Positions 27,539 through 36,484 are shown, numbered from the stretch's first letter. The stretch: 40,622 nt of DNA from Candidatus Altiarchaeota archaeon (GCA_043804895.1 JAZDIN010000007.1:1-40622); one strand, 5' to 3'. The notes: a model not told the origin generated them from the letters alone. Numbers and translations: made by a program.

Positions 27539-28854
27539 GGGTGAGGGGATACATCTTCACCCTCATAACAGCCATGATGGCCATGGTGATACTATCGCTC
27601 ATCCTCTTCCAGACTGAAATCTCAGCCCCGATATTCGAGGACGCTTCGAATAAGATGAGCGTGGAAGAATCACACTACTTCGTGGAGTCCCTCAAAAAGG
27701 ATGCGCAGAGGGCGCAGGCCATATCAGGCCAGCGGGCTGCCACATACGCCATCGACCACATAATCTCAACCAACGAGAGCATGGATGGGTATGGGATGAG
27801 AAACTGCACTGAATTCAACTACTCCACTGCCGGCGTCGAGGCCGCCCTCTCCGAGCTCGCATTCTGCGGCACATTAGCTAATGCTAAGGTGGAGACAGAC
27901 CAGGACGAGCTGGAAAAGTATATGGAGAACAACACCATACGCGACTGGATGGGGAAGGTGCAGGAGAACCGGACGCCCGGCGTAGCATACAACGTCAGCG
28001 TACGGCTCAGGAACATGAGCCTCGCCGCCTACGACTCATGGCATTACGCCATAGTCGGCGAATACGATTTAGTCGTGGACGCAGGCGGAGGAAACAGGTT
28101 CGCAGGATACGGTATCCCAGTCGTTTCAGTCGTGGACATCACCACTATGGAAGACCCCCTGCATCACATGAAATACGGTATACCCGCCTCAATGAGATTG
28201 TTCAGGCGGTGCGAAACGCTCCCAAGGCTCAACGGCAAGGTACTGGACCGCTGGGTGGAGGAAGGCTGCTACAACATGGAGTGGAACCGGGAAAACGCCC
28301 CCTCGTTCTTCGACAGGCTAGAGGGAAGAGACAGCCTAGACCCGGACCTAATCGAGGAGTCCGCTTCACTTTTGGGCGGCCTCGGCTACACTCCAGGCGA
28401 ACTTGGCTTAGAGAGCATGCTAGACCTCCAACTCCTCGAGAAGTACAACCTCACAGTGAATGGGAACCTAAGCCAGGTCGACCACTCCTACTGGGGCAAC
28501 GTGGAAAGCAGATGCGCGGTCGATGGCATGATGAAGCACCCTGACTTCAGAATGGACGTGGAACATGCGGTGAAATACAGGGTGGTTGGCTTAGACTGCA
28601 CAGTCTACGTGGACGTGGTAGGCTCAACATGCAAGTTCAACCCTGAGAAGATAAAAGTACCACTCAACACAACCATATCCTGGGTTGAACTCGGCAGCGG
28701 ACGCAAAGACCTTTACATAGTGGAACTGGACACGCCCCTCCCAGTCGAAGCCAACGGGAAGGTCCAATGGCTGTTCAACGAAACTGGCACATACACGATA
28801 GCATGCCTGGACGCCTCAGACGCATCCACAGTCGAAGTAACTGACAGATTCTAG
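27529..28854 (+). CDS. Minor pilin-like protein with class III-like signal peptide and C-terminal cupredoxin-like domain
   Basis: MVLGVRG/YIFTLITAMMAMVILSL. EDPL, PSFFDRLEG and GLES motifs, which I associate with archaeal pilus-locus proteins. C-terminal FNPEKIKV...ISW...FNETGTYTIAC. Confidence 0.65.
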   Translation: MVLGVRGYIFTLITAMMAMVILSLILFQTEISAPIFEDASNKMSVEESHYFVESLKKDAQRAQAISGQRAATYAIDHIISTNESMDGYGMRNCTEFNYSTAGVEAALSELAFCGTLANAKVETDQDELEKYMENNTIRDWMGKVQENRTPGVAYNVSVRLRNMSLAAYDSWHYAIVGEYDLVVDAGGGNRFAGYGIPVVSVVDITTMEDPLHHMKYGIPASMRLFRRCETLPRLNGKVLDRWVEEGCYNMEWNRENAPSFFDRLEGRDSLDPDLIEESASLLGGLGYTPGELGLESMLDLQLLEKYNLTVNGNLSQVDHSYWGNVESRCAVDGMMKHPDFRMDVEHAVKYRVVGLDCTVYVDVVGSTCKFNPEKIKVPLNTTISWVELGSGRKDLYIVELDTPLPVEANGKVQWLFNETGTYTIACLDASDASTVEVTDRF

Positions 28855-28967
28855 CCTGTGGATTTTTATGCCGAAAGCCACAGACACCACAATACCTCTA
28901 CTGTGGATAAATGCGGGTTGTGTGGCTTTCTTATAAATACCACAGGCTCCTGCCTGTGGATATTTAT
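28823..28967. repeat. Array of eight TGTGG/CCACA motifs upstream of the pilus ATPase
   Basis: Motifs at 28826(-), 28857(+), 28878(-), 28887(-), 28902(+), 28921(+), 28940(-) and 28955(+). Includes TGTGGATAA and two long inverted repeats. Confidence 0.8.
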
Positions 28968-28991
28968 TGAGCGGAACTCATAAGTAAACGA

Positions 28992-30818
28992 ATGGACGAC
29001 AAAAACCCCGCTTCTGGGGCTAAAGACCAGAAGAAAGCGCTGTTAGAACTTATAAACTCCTCAGGCAGGATAAAGATATCCCAGGCCTCCGAGGAAATGG
29101 GTTTGGACAAGAACATCCTCATCAACCTCGCCGAGGAACTCGCCCGCGACCACGCGATACGCGTCGAATCCCACTACATCACCGAACCGGAACTGGAAGC
29201 CCTCAACTATAAGGAGACAAAAAAAGAGGAGGCCACCTCAGAGAAGTCCATACAGATGGAGACTCCGCCGGTGCCGATGGCAAGGGCGGTGCCGAAGGAC
29301 ACGCCCGAGGCGAAGAAACAGGAGGTGATGGACGATTACATACTCACCTCAGACGAAGTCCACTTCAACGTTAAAATAACGGACGTCGGCGACTTCGTGC
29401 CCCACTACCTCATAACAATACCCCACATCGACTTCGTGACACGAGCCCTCCTCGATGAGACCAAAAGGTACCTGATAAGCGACGTGAAGGTGGAGACAGC
29501 GGACGTCTTCGACACAGCGAAGTTCCTGAAGATAAAGTCGAAGTTCACAAGCCGCGCCAAGGACAAGCTAAGGAACGTACTAAAAAAGTCATCTGACGAG
29601 TACGTCGCCACCCTAAGCAAGCTACTCGTCAACGAGATGCTCGGCCTCGGCGACCTAGAATACCTGCTCCTGGACGACAAGCTGGAGGAGGTCGTAGTCA
29701 ACTCCAGCAGGGACGTGGTGTGGGTCTACCACAAGAACCGCGGGTGGCTGAAGACGAACATAATCCTGCCCACAGAGGACCTGATACTCAACTACTCCTC
29801 AAGGGTCGCAAGGGAGGTCGGCAGGGAGATAACCCACCTGAACCCACTACTGGACGCCCACCTCACAACCGGAGACCGCATAAACGCCACACTCTCACCC
29901 ATATCAACTGCAGGCAATACCATAACAATTCGACGGTTCTCAAGGGTTCCATGGAGCGTCATAAACATGCTCGACCCCCAAGTCAAGACCGTGAGCTCCG
30001 AGGTAGCTGCCTTCCTGTGGATGGCGATAGAGTACGAGTTGAGCGTACTCATCGCAGGCGGCACAGCATCAGGGAAGACCAGCATGCTCAACTCAATCAC
30101 CCCATTCATGCCAGCTAACCAGAGGATACTCTCCATAGAAGACACGCGCGAACTAAACCTCCCCGACTACCTCCAATGGGTTCCGATGACCACCAGGCAG
30201 CCGAACCCGAAAGGTGAGGGGGGAATCACCATGCTCGACCTTTTACAGAACGCCCTTAGGATGCGCCCTGACAGGATAATAGTCGGCGAAGTCAGAGCAA
30301 AAAGAGAATCGGAAGTGCTCTTCGAGGCCATGCACACAGGACACTCAGTCTACTCGACATTCCATGCTGAGAGGGCTCAGGAGGTCGTCGACCGAATCAC
30401 AAGCCCGCCGATGAGCATACCCGGCACGGTCATGAAGTCCCTGCACCTGATAGTCATACAATACCGGAACAGGCGGACCGGAAAGAGGAGGACATTCGAA
30501 GTGTGCGAGCTGATGAAGGACGAGTCCGAGATGCCGACCCTCAACACCCTCTACAAGTGGGAGCCAAGAACCGACACACTCGGTAAGATGTACCCGAGCA
30601 TCAGGGTCAAGGAAGAACTCGCTCTCTTCACAGGGATGAACGAGAAGGAGATAGAGGAGGATATACAGGACAAGAAACAGGTGCTTGACTGGATGTTAGC
30701 CTCAGGCGTGTACGAGGTGAACAGCGTAGGCAGGGTCGTCACAGAATACTACATGAATAAGGAGAAGATAACCGGGATGGCTAAGAAGAAAGCACAGATG
30801 ATAAAATTCAACCCCTAA
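28992..30818 (+). CDS. Type IV pilus/type II secretion ATPase (CpaF/VirB11/FlaI family) with an extra N-terminal winged helix
   Basis: GGTASGKTS (Walker A), SIEDTREL (Asp box), LRMRPDRIIVGEVR (Walker B) and HTGHSVYSTFH (His box). Confidence 0.95.
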   Translation: MDDKNPASGAKDQKKALLELINSSGRIKISQASEEMGLDKNILINLAEELARDHAIRVESHYITEPELEALNYKETKKEEATSEKSIQMETPPVPMARAVPKDTPEAKKQEVMDDYILTSDEVHFNVKITDVGDFVPHYLITIPHIDFVTRALLDETKRYLISDVKVETADVFDTAKFLKIKSKFTSRAKDKLRNVLKKSSDEYVATLSKLLVNEMLGLGDLEYLLLDDKLEEVVVNSSRDVVWVYHKNRGWLKTNIILPTEDLILNYSSRVAREVGREITHLNPLLDAHLTTGDRINATLSPISTAGNTITIRRFSRVPWSVINMLDPQVKTVSSEVAAFLWMAIEYELSVLIAGGTASGKTSMLNSITPFMPANQRILSIEDTRELNLPDYLQWVPMTTRQPNPKGEGGITMLDLLQNALRMRPDRIIVGEVRAKRESEVLFEAMHTGHSVYSTFHAERAQEVVDRITSPPMSIPGTVMKSLHLIVIQYRNRRTGKRRTFEVCELMKDESEMPTLNTLYKWEPRTDTLGKMYPSIRVKEELALFTGMNEKEIEEDIQDKKQVLDWMLASGVYEVNSVGRVVTEYYMNKEKITGMAKKKAQMIKFNP

Positions 30819-30819
30819 G

Positions 30820-31686
30820 ATGAAATCCATATTCGAGTCGCCGGTAGTGCTCAAGATGAGCGAACCCCTACTGGAGTACGCGTACCGCCTCGAGGTCCTG
30901 TTCCCCCAAATGGAGTGGAACCTAAAGCGCGCCGGATACACCCTAGAGAGCTCGCAGTACCTTGCTGTGGCCATATACCTTAGCGTGACTGTGTTCACGT
31001 TCTGCGTGCCAATCCTCGTCCTACCGGTCCTTTTCACACAGGGCATCGCTGCAAGCTACGCCAGCATAATATACTCAATCATCATATCAGCAGCAGTCCT
31101 CGTGTACGTGATGATGCTACCCTCAGTGAGGATGAAAAGCAGGGCAGTCACAATCGACCGCGACCTGGAATACCTCCTCAAGGACATGAGGATACAACTG
31201 ACCGCGGGAGTCCCCCTCTTCGATACCATCGTCAACGTCGCCAAAGGCGGATACGGGGAATGCTCGAAGATATTCGAAGGGGTCATACAGGAGGTGGAGC
31301 AGGGCAGGTCAATCGTCGACGTCCTAGACGACGTAGGAATGTGGTCCTCCTCAGAGTACTTCCGAAGGATGCTCTGGCAGATAGTCAACGCACTCAAGTC
31401 CGGAAGCGACATAGCGAACGCACTCGACGCCCTCTCAAACGATATACGCCTGGAGAAGGAGAACAGGATAAGGGCCTACGGCAAGGAACTCAACCTCTAC
31501 GGCCTCATCTACCTGATGTTCGCCATCATAGTCCCCTCAATGGGCGTCACACTCCTAGTCATACTCTCAAGCTTCCTAGGGGGGAAGATGATAAACGAGA
31601 CCCTCTTCTGGATGATACTCATAGGCGTTGCGCTCTTCCAGACTATATTCATAGTGTACGTCAGAAGCAAGAGGCCCCTAGTCTAA
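30820..31686 (+). CDS. Type II secretion system F-family (TadB/TadC/FlaJ-like) platform protein
   Basis: TM pair, then GVPLF...GYGECSKIF...QIVNALKSGSDIANAL, then a C-terminal TM pair. Directly follows the ATPase. Confidence 0.9.
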   Translation: MKSIFESPVVLKMSEPLLEYAYRLEVLFPQMEWNLKRAGYTLESSQYLAVAIYLSVTVFTFCVPILVLPVLFTQGIAASYASIIYSIIISAAVLVYVMMLPSVRMKSRAVTIDRDLEYLLKDMRIQLTAGVPLFDTIVNVAKGGYGECSKIFEGVIQEVEQGRSIVDVLDDVGMWSSSEYFRRMLWQIVNALKSGSDIANALDALSNDIRLEKENRIRAYGKELNLYGLIYLMFAIIVPSMGVTLLVILSSFLGGKMINETLFWMILIGVALFQTIFIVYVRSKRPLV

Positions 31687-31687
31687 G

Positions 31688-32866
31688 ATGGCAGAAAACG
31701 AACCGAAGGGAATAAGGGTAGTCAAGCCGGACCTAGAGAGGGTGAAGAATGCAGCATCCTCAGCATTCAATACTGTATCATGGCTATTCAAACTCGTCTT
31801 CTGGGCTGTGAACATGATAGTGAGACTCTTCACGAAATTCCTGAACGTGATGGGATCCAGCGTCAAACTGCTCATGACACACATCCCCCGGTTGCTCTCC
31901 AAGATACTCCCGAAGAGGGTGAACAGCATCCTCGGGCAGCAGCTAATCTACGCCGGCGTCGAGATGACCCCAGCGGAGGTCATAAGCCTAACCCTCGTCT
32001 ACAGCACCGTACTCACCGCGGTAGCTTACGTGTCGATGCTCCTCCTTGCAGCATCACAGCTTGTGACCTCGGTAATACTAGTGGTCATCTTCTGCCTAGT
32101 CTGGTCTCTGCCACTCCTACTTCTGAACATCCTCGCAACCAACAGGGCGAATGCTGTGGAACTCACCCTCCCCGACATCCTAAGCATGGTAGCCCAGAAC
32201 ATGAGCGCAGGCATGACCTCCTACAACGCCCTCTGGAGCGCAGCCCGCCCCGAATTCGGCCCACTCGCTGTCGAGATACAGGATGTGGCGAAAGCCACCC
32301 TCACCGGGATACCGATGGCCGACGCCCTCATGGGGATGACCAACCATGTTAAGTCCACGAAGCTGCTTCGGGTAGTGAGGCTGATAATCCAGGGTATGAA
32401 ATCAGGAGGGGAACTGCCGACGGTATTGCAGGCAATATCATCGGACATGAGGCGGGAGGACAACCTCAGGAAGCAGATGGGCGCTGAAACCACAGCCCAG
32501 GCAATATTCATCCTATTCGCTGTCCTGGTGGGGGCCCCGCTCCTCTTCGCAGTCTCAGCCCAGTTCATAACGATATTCTCCACCATGATGGAGAAACTGA
32601 ACGTCCAAGACCTGAGCAAAAACGCCCCCCAGGGGATGATAACCATCAGCCAACTCTCAATCACACCCGAATTCTTCCAAACCTACGCCATCGGCATACT
32701 CTTCGTGTCAGCGTTCTTCGGCTCACTCCTACTCGGCATACTCAAGACCGGAAACCCGCTCTCAGGCCTATCCACCACACCACTCCTCATAACAGTCTCC
32801 ATCGGCATATTCCTACTCATAAAACACGGCCTCGGCCTACTATTCGCAGGGATGATAACCTTCTAA
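31688..32866 (+). CDS. Type II secretion system F-family (TadC-like) platform protein
   Basis: LPDILSMVAQNMSAGMT...ARPEFGPLA...GMKSGGELPTVL, with several TM helices and a long N-terminal extension. Confidence 0.9.
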   Translation: MAENEPKGIRVVKPDLERVKNAASSAFNTVSWLFKLVFWAVNMIVRLFTKFLNVMGSSVKLLMTHIPRLLSKILPKRVNSILGQQLIYAGVEMTPAEVISLTLVYSTVLTAVAYVSMLLLAASQLVTSVILVVIFCLVWSLPLLLLNILATNRANAVELTLPDILSMVAQNMSAGMTSYNALWSAARPEFGPLAVEIQDVAKATLTGIPMADALMGMTNHVKSTKLLRVVRLIIQGMKSGGELPTVLQAISSDMRREDNLRKQMGAETTAQAIFILFAVLVGAPLLFAVSAQFITIFSTMMEKLNVQDLSKNAPQGMITISQLSITPEFFQTYAIGILFVSAFFGSLLLGILKTGNPLSGLSTTPLLITVSIGIFLLIKHGLGLLFAGMITF

Positions 32867-32883
32867 ACGGCCGCAACAGGTTT

Positions 32884-33084
32884 ATCAATAACCGGCGACT
32901 TTAGTCGCCGGTTTGATGTGGGCTAGCGCTATGCGCTGTGGCCGAGCCACCAGGCTCGGACACACTCGTGAGCTTTGCTCACGCGTGTAGCACATGTGTC
33001 GGAGGCAGTGCCTCCGTCACATAAGCTTGAAACCGCAATAGTGGATGCATACCATTCGCCCCTCCCTAAAGGAGGGCGGTTTCA
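32884..33084. repeat. Cluster of at least six hairpins (REP/IS200-IS605-end-like palindromes or structured RNA)
   Basis: AACCGGCGAC-TTTA-GTCGCCGGTT; AGCGC-TAT-GCGCT; three 7-bp stems with a single mismatch and a basal TGTG/CACA-type stem; TGAAACCGC...GCGGTTTCA enclosing CCCTCC-CTAAA-GGAGGG. Confidence 0.85.
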
Positions 33085-33088
33085 TCGC

Positions 33089-33157
33089 TTATAAACCCCG
33101 TCTCTAATAGAATAGTAACTTACAGTTGTTTAATGTAAACAAAATTTTTTGAGGTGA
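33089..33157 (+). promoter_or_regulatory. Candidate TATA box and ribosome-binding site of the pilin gene
   Basis: TTATAAA at about 33089-33095. GAGGTGA at 33151-33157, 7 nt before the ATG. Confidence 0.55.
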
Positions 33158-33164
33158 ACAAAAC

Positions 33165-33647
33165 ATGATAGGAAATAAAGGACAGGGTGCGATGGAGTAC
33201 CTAATGACCTACGGATGGGCTATTCTCGTAGTGATGATAGTCGGGATCGTAATGTGGCAGCTGGGCATATTCAACATGGGCGGAACCACAGTAACGGCCA
33301 CAGGATTCGCCAAAATCAAGCCACAACTGGCTGGAACCGGCTTAGGCCACAGTGGGGATTTCGTGGGCGTTTTCACGAACGGAGTCGGGACGATGATTAT
33401 CCTCAGTGATACCAGTGCTGCGCTAACTATGTACCAAGATGGGGGTACAGGGACATGCCAAGCCTATACCATAACTCCTAAGACGGTCTCTGCAGGTCAG
33501 AACTTCCAGGTCACTGCAAGCGGCTGCTACAGCGGTTCAGCAGGCGACGTCTACAACCTCCAGGTTTCACTACCCTACACAGTTAGTATCGGCAGCGTGA
33601 GCACAGACCACACAGAATCTGGAGCAATAAGAGGGCCAATGGAGTAA
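33165..33647 (+). CDS. Archaeal type IV pilin (class III signal peptide), probable major pilin
   Basis: MIGNKG/QGAMEYLMTYGWAILVVMIVGIVMWQLGIF: basic-Gly cleavage site, Gln at +1, Glu at +5, hydrophobic helix. Beta-rich Thr/Ser/Gly head with two Cys. Confidence 0.9.
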   Translation: MIGNKGQGAMEYLMTYGWAILVVMIVGIVMWQLGIFNMGGTTVTATGFAKIKPQLAGTGLGHSGDFVGVFTNGVGTMIILSDTSAALTMYQDGGTGTCQAYTITPKTVSAGQNFQVTASGCYSGSAGDVYNLQVSLPYTVSIGSVSTDHTESGAIRGPME

Positions 33648-33659
33648 ACATACTCCATT

Positions 33660-33684
33660 ATCCTTTCTTTTTTCTATTCTTTTT
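33660..33684 (+). terminator. T-rich archaeal terminator candidate after the pilin gene
   Basis: TTCCTTTCTTTTTTCTATTCTTTT just after the pilin stop codon. Confidence 0.55.
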
Positions 33685-35497
33685 ATTCTGGCAGTAGCAT
33701 AGGCGCTTTATACTCCAGGAAGTAGACGTTTGACATGTTGTTCTCGACCACAAAATTACTTGTCACATTACGCCACAGTATGCCGTTCATGTTGTTGATG
33801 TAGATGGGGATGCCCCGGTCCGAGTAGTGTCTCATGAGGTTCGGCAAATCGCCGCCCTCGTCTATGAACGACGTCACCAGCCTAACCCTCTTGGAAAGCT
33901 TGACTGTGGCGAGGTAAGGGTACTCTCCCTTCTTCGAAAAAATTATTACGGAATCATTTGGGACCTGTTCGGCAACCTGGACCGAAGTCCCCCACACGGT
34001 GCCCTTCACCACCTCCATAACATGCAGGTCGGCATATGCTATGGACGCCGCATAGGAGACTGACAGGATGAGGAAGAGGAGCAGTATGGGGCGCACTTGG
34101 GTGAACTTAAGGTATGCGGAAGCGGAGACAAGCAACACGACGTAAATGAGCATGGGGATATTACGTATTAGGCCGTCACTCAGGTATATGTTCTCCCCTG
34201 AGGACAGGAGATACGCTGCGAAGACAAGGAAAACAATCGCGGAAAAAACAAGCTCCATTCGGCTTAAGCTGCGCAATAAAACCCCCATAGAATAGGCTGC
34301 GAAAAGGACTAAGAATGGGAGGGACTCCAGGAAATACCTCATAGAGTAAGTCTCATCCCAACCCCCAGCCGAGATGAACGGGGATAACGCGACCTCTGCT
34401 AGTGCGAAGGATGTGAGAAGAGCAACCAACGGAACGTTAAATCTCCTCTTCAACATGAAGTACGGCCCCAACACCGCGAGGATGAGGTATGGCACAGACT
34501 GCAAGAGAGCCTTCTTGTAGAGGCCTGGGTAATCGGGCATCAATGCCATGTCAAAAACCTTCGCATAAAGTTTTATGAGAATTAGCTTCGTCGGCTCAAA
34601 AAAACACAGCAAAAGAAGTACGAACGCGAGGATAACCACGCTGCTCTTAATATGCCCGGAAGATGGCTTAGAGCCAGCCTTAACCCTATGAACCGCAAAT
34701 ACGATGGCTGCCAAGAGGGGGACAGCCAAGGCCAGAATATACCAGACCACATGCGACGGGTAGGATGTCTCAACAACGCTGCCGAATGATGTGAGATTCA
34801 GGTAAGCTAAGGCGACTGCAGGAATCAGAAGGCCGCTCAGGTAAGGCATCATCCTGCCTCGTAGCATGATGTAGATGAAAAGCACCTCCACTGCAGTGAA
34901 CATGCCGTTGGTGTACCTCACCCCCACAGCCAAACCGGACAGGAGGCCTGAAAAAAACAGCATATGGGGGCCTGAGTCTTTGCCAAGGTAGACTCGCAAA
35001 AGGAGGTAAACGGAAGACAATACCAGGAGTGCAGAAAAACAGTGCGGCCACAGCATCTGCGAGTAACTCAGATAGTAGGTCAGTGAGTAGAGTATGGATG
35101 AGAGAACTGACTCGCCCTTGGATAAGAACAGGCAGCAGGTCCAGTAGAACACCAGGATGGAACAAGAGTATGCGATGACGTTCATCAGGTTAAGCCCTAC
35201 CACGCCGAAGATAAGGTAGAAGGGCACTGCAAAAAAAGTGTAAAGCGGAGCCGGGATGCCGAAGACCCGTATCTCGCGGCCGTCGCTCACAAGCTGCGTG
35301 GATGGAAGCCAAAGCTCCGGAGACTGTATCTCGTCGAAGCCATTCCATATCTGCAGTTGGTGGTCGACTGCCAGCGACTTCACCATGAGGACGTACGCGG
35401 CCTCATCCGTCACCCAGACGCCAGGGGTGAGGGTGTACAAAAGGAAGGCGGACATCAGGAACATGTACATGTAAAAGGTTGAATCCCAGCAATCCAT
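33683..35497 (-). CDS. Polytopic GT-C (PMT/ArnT-like) glycosyltransferase
   Basis: Acidic loop VTDEAAY after TM1, P..YT motif, GLLSGLAVGVRY, RYFLESLPF, more than 10 TM helices and a soluble C-terminal domain. Confidence 0.7.
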   Translation of the reverse strand: MDCWDSTFYMYMFLMSAFLLYTLTPGVWVTDEAAYVLMVKSLAVDHQLQIWNGFDEIQSPELWLPSTQLVSDGREIRVFGIPAPLYTFFAVPFYLIFGVVGLNLMNVIAYSCSILVFYWTCCLFLSKGESVLSSILYSLTYYLSYSQMLWPHCFSALLVLSSVYLLLRVYLGKDSGPHMLFFSGLLSGLAVGVRYTNGMFTAVEVLFIYIMLRGRMMPYLSGLLIPAVALAYLNLTSFGSVVETSYPSHVVWYILALAVPLLAAIVFAVHRVKAGSKPSSGHIKSSVVILAFVLLLLCFFEPTKLILIKLYAKVFDMALMPDYPGLYKKALLQSVPYLILAVLGPYFMLKRRFNVPLVALLTSFALAEVALSPFISAGGWDETYSMRYFLESLPFLVLFAAYSMGVLLRSLSRMELVFSAIVFLVFAAYLLSSGENIYLSDGLIRNIPMLIYVVLLVSASAYLKFTQVRPILLLFLILSVSYAASIAYADLHVMEVVKGTVWGTSVQVAEQVPNDSVIIFSKKGEYPYLATVKLSKRVRLVTSFIDEGGDLPNLMRHYSDRGIPIYINNMNGILWRNVTSNFVVENNMSNVYFLEYKAPMLLPE

Positions 35498-35590
35498 CCT
35501 CAGATATTAGGAAGGGGGATATATACCTTAACTAACGAGAAACAAACACCAAGTGTGATGGAGTGGATCTGGCGGTAAGGAGACAATAAC

Positions 35591-36484
35591 ATGGGAGAAG
35601 GCGTATCACCTACGGTCTGTGGAAAATCGACTTTGAGAAGTATCATCTCCTTAGCTAAGATAATAGTGTTCATCCTGGCTGTTTGGTATCTGATAAAATA
35701 CCTAACGCTCTATGACATACCCTCCCAACTCTCCAAAGTCAACCCCGCATACCTTCTAATTAGTATGTTCTTCTCCGCATGCGCATTCCTCCTCCAAGCA
35801 TGGTTCCTCAAAAGGGCTTCAAACGGTGGCCTCACAATCAGGGATTCGGTTTATGTGGAGTTTTACACGCTCATTCTCAACCTTGGGGTGGCCTCATCAT
35901 TTTTCTCGCTACCTAAGGTGGCTTTCATAAACAACAAAGTCAAGAACCTCAAGGAGTCGGTCCGACTGTTCAGCCTGCCTTTACTCCTTGGGACGGCTTT
36001 GAGGGTCACCATCATCATGGTTGCCGGATTATTCGTGTACTTCCGAGTGCTTCCCGCATTAGTCTCGGCCTCCATCATCCTAACCATCTTCTTATCAGTC
36101 TTATACGGCCCCTTCAGGTCGCGGCTTGAACGTATGACAAAGACCCCCTCCAATACCCTAGCGGAGCTTTCAGCCGTCGCTGCCTTGAACGTCCTCTGCG
36201 TTGCGTTGTCATATTACTTCGTCATCACCTCCCTCGCAGAAAATCCGCCGATACCAAACACGATATTCTCCGAGGGCGTCGGCTACCTCACAGGCCTACT
36301 CTCCCCCATGCCTTCAGGCATCGGCGTCAGAGAATTCGCACTCACTGAGCTCAACGGGGTCATGGGAATAACAAAAGACGTCGCCTTCACAGCAGCAGTA
36401 CTCCACCGCCTGATAACAGTAGCCGCCACATTCGCCGCAACCCTAGCGTTCTATATCAAACTGCCCGGCTGTGATACAGCCTGA
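35591..36484 (+). CDS. Lysylphosphatidylglycerol-synthase-TM/UPF0104 flippase-like membrane protein
   Basis: Multi-TM. SPMPSGIGVRE and AAVLHRLIT motifs. Confidence 0.8.
   Translation: MGEGVSPTVCGKSTLRSIISLAKIIVFILAVWYLIKYLTLYDIPSQLSKVNPAYLLISMFFSACAFLLQAWFLKRASNGGLTIRDSVYVEFYTLILNLGVASSFFSLPKVAFINNKVKNLKESVRLFSLPLLLGTALRVTIIMVAGLFVYFRVLPALVSASIILTIFLSVLYGPFRSRLERMTKTPSNTLAELSAVAALNVLCVALSYYFVITSLAENPPIPNTIFSEGVGYLTGLLSPMPSGIGVREFALTELNGVMGITKDVAFTAAVLHRLITVAATFAATLAFYIKLPGCDTA

Noticed and set aside
28823-28967. Mini CRISPR array or confirmed replication origin
   Set aside because: The repeats are only 5-9 bp, in both orientations, with irregular spacing. No cas, orc1/cdc6 or dnaA gene is in the window. 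Kept only as a motif-array finding.
32867-33164. tRNA, RNase P RNA or CRISPR array
   Set aside because: No cloverleaf or T-loop, no RNase P conserved GAGGAAAGUCC-like segment, and the hairpins differ in sequence rather than being identical repeats with spacers.
28992-33647. Archaellum operon
   Set aside because: There are two separate T2SS-F genes rather than one FlaJ, no FlaH with Walker A, no FlaF/G, and the pilin lacks the archaellin N-terminal consensus.
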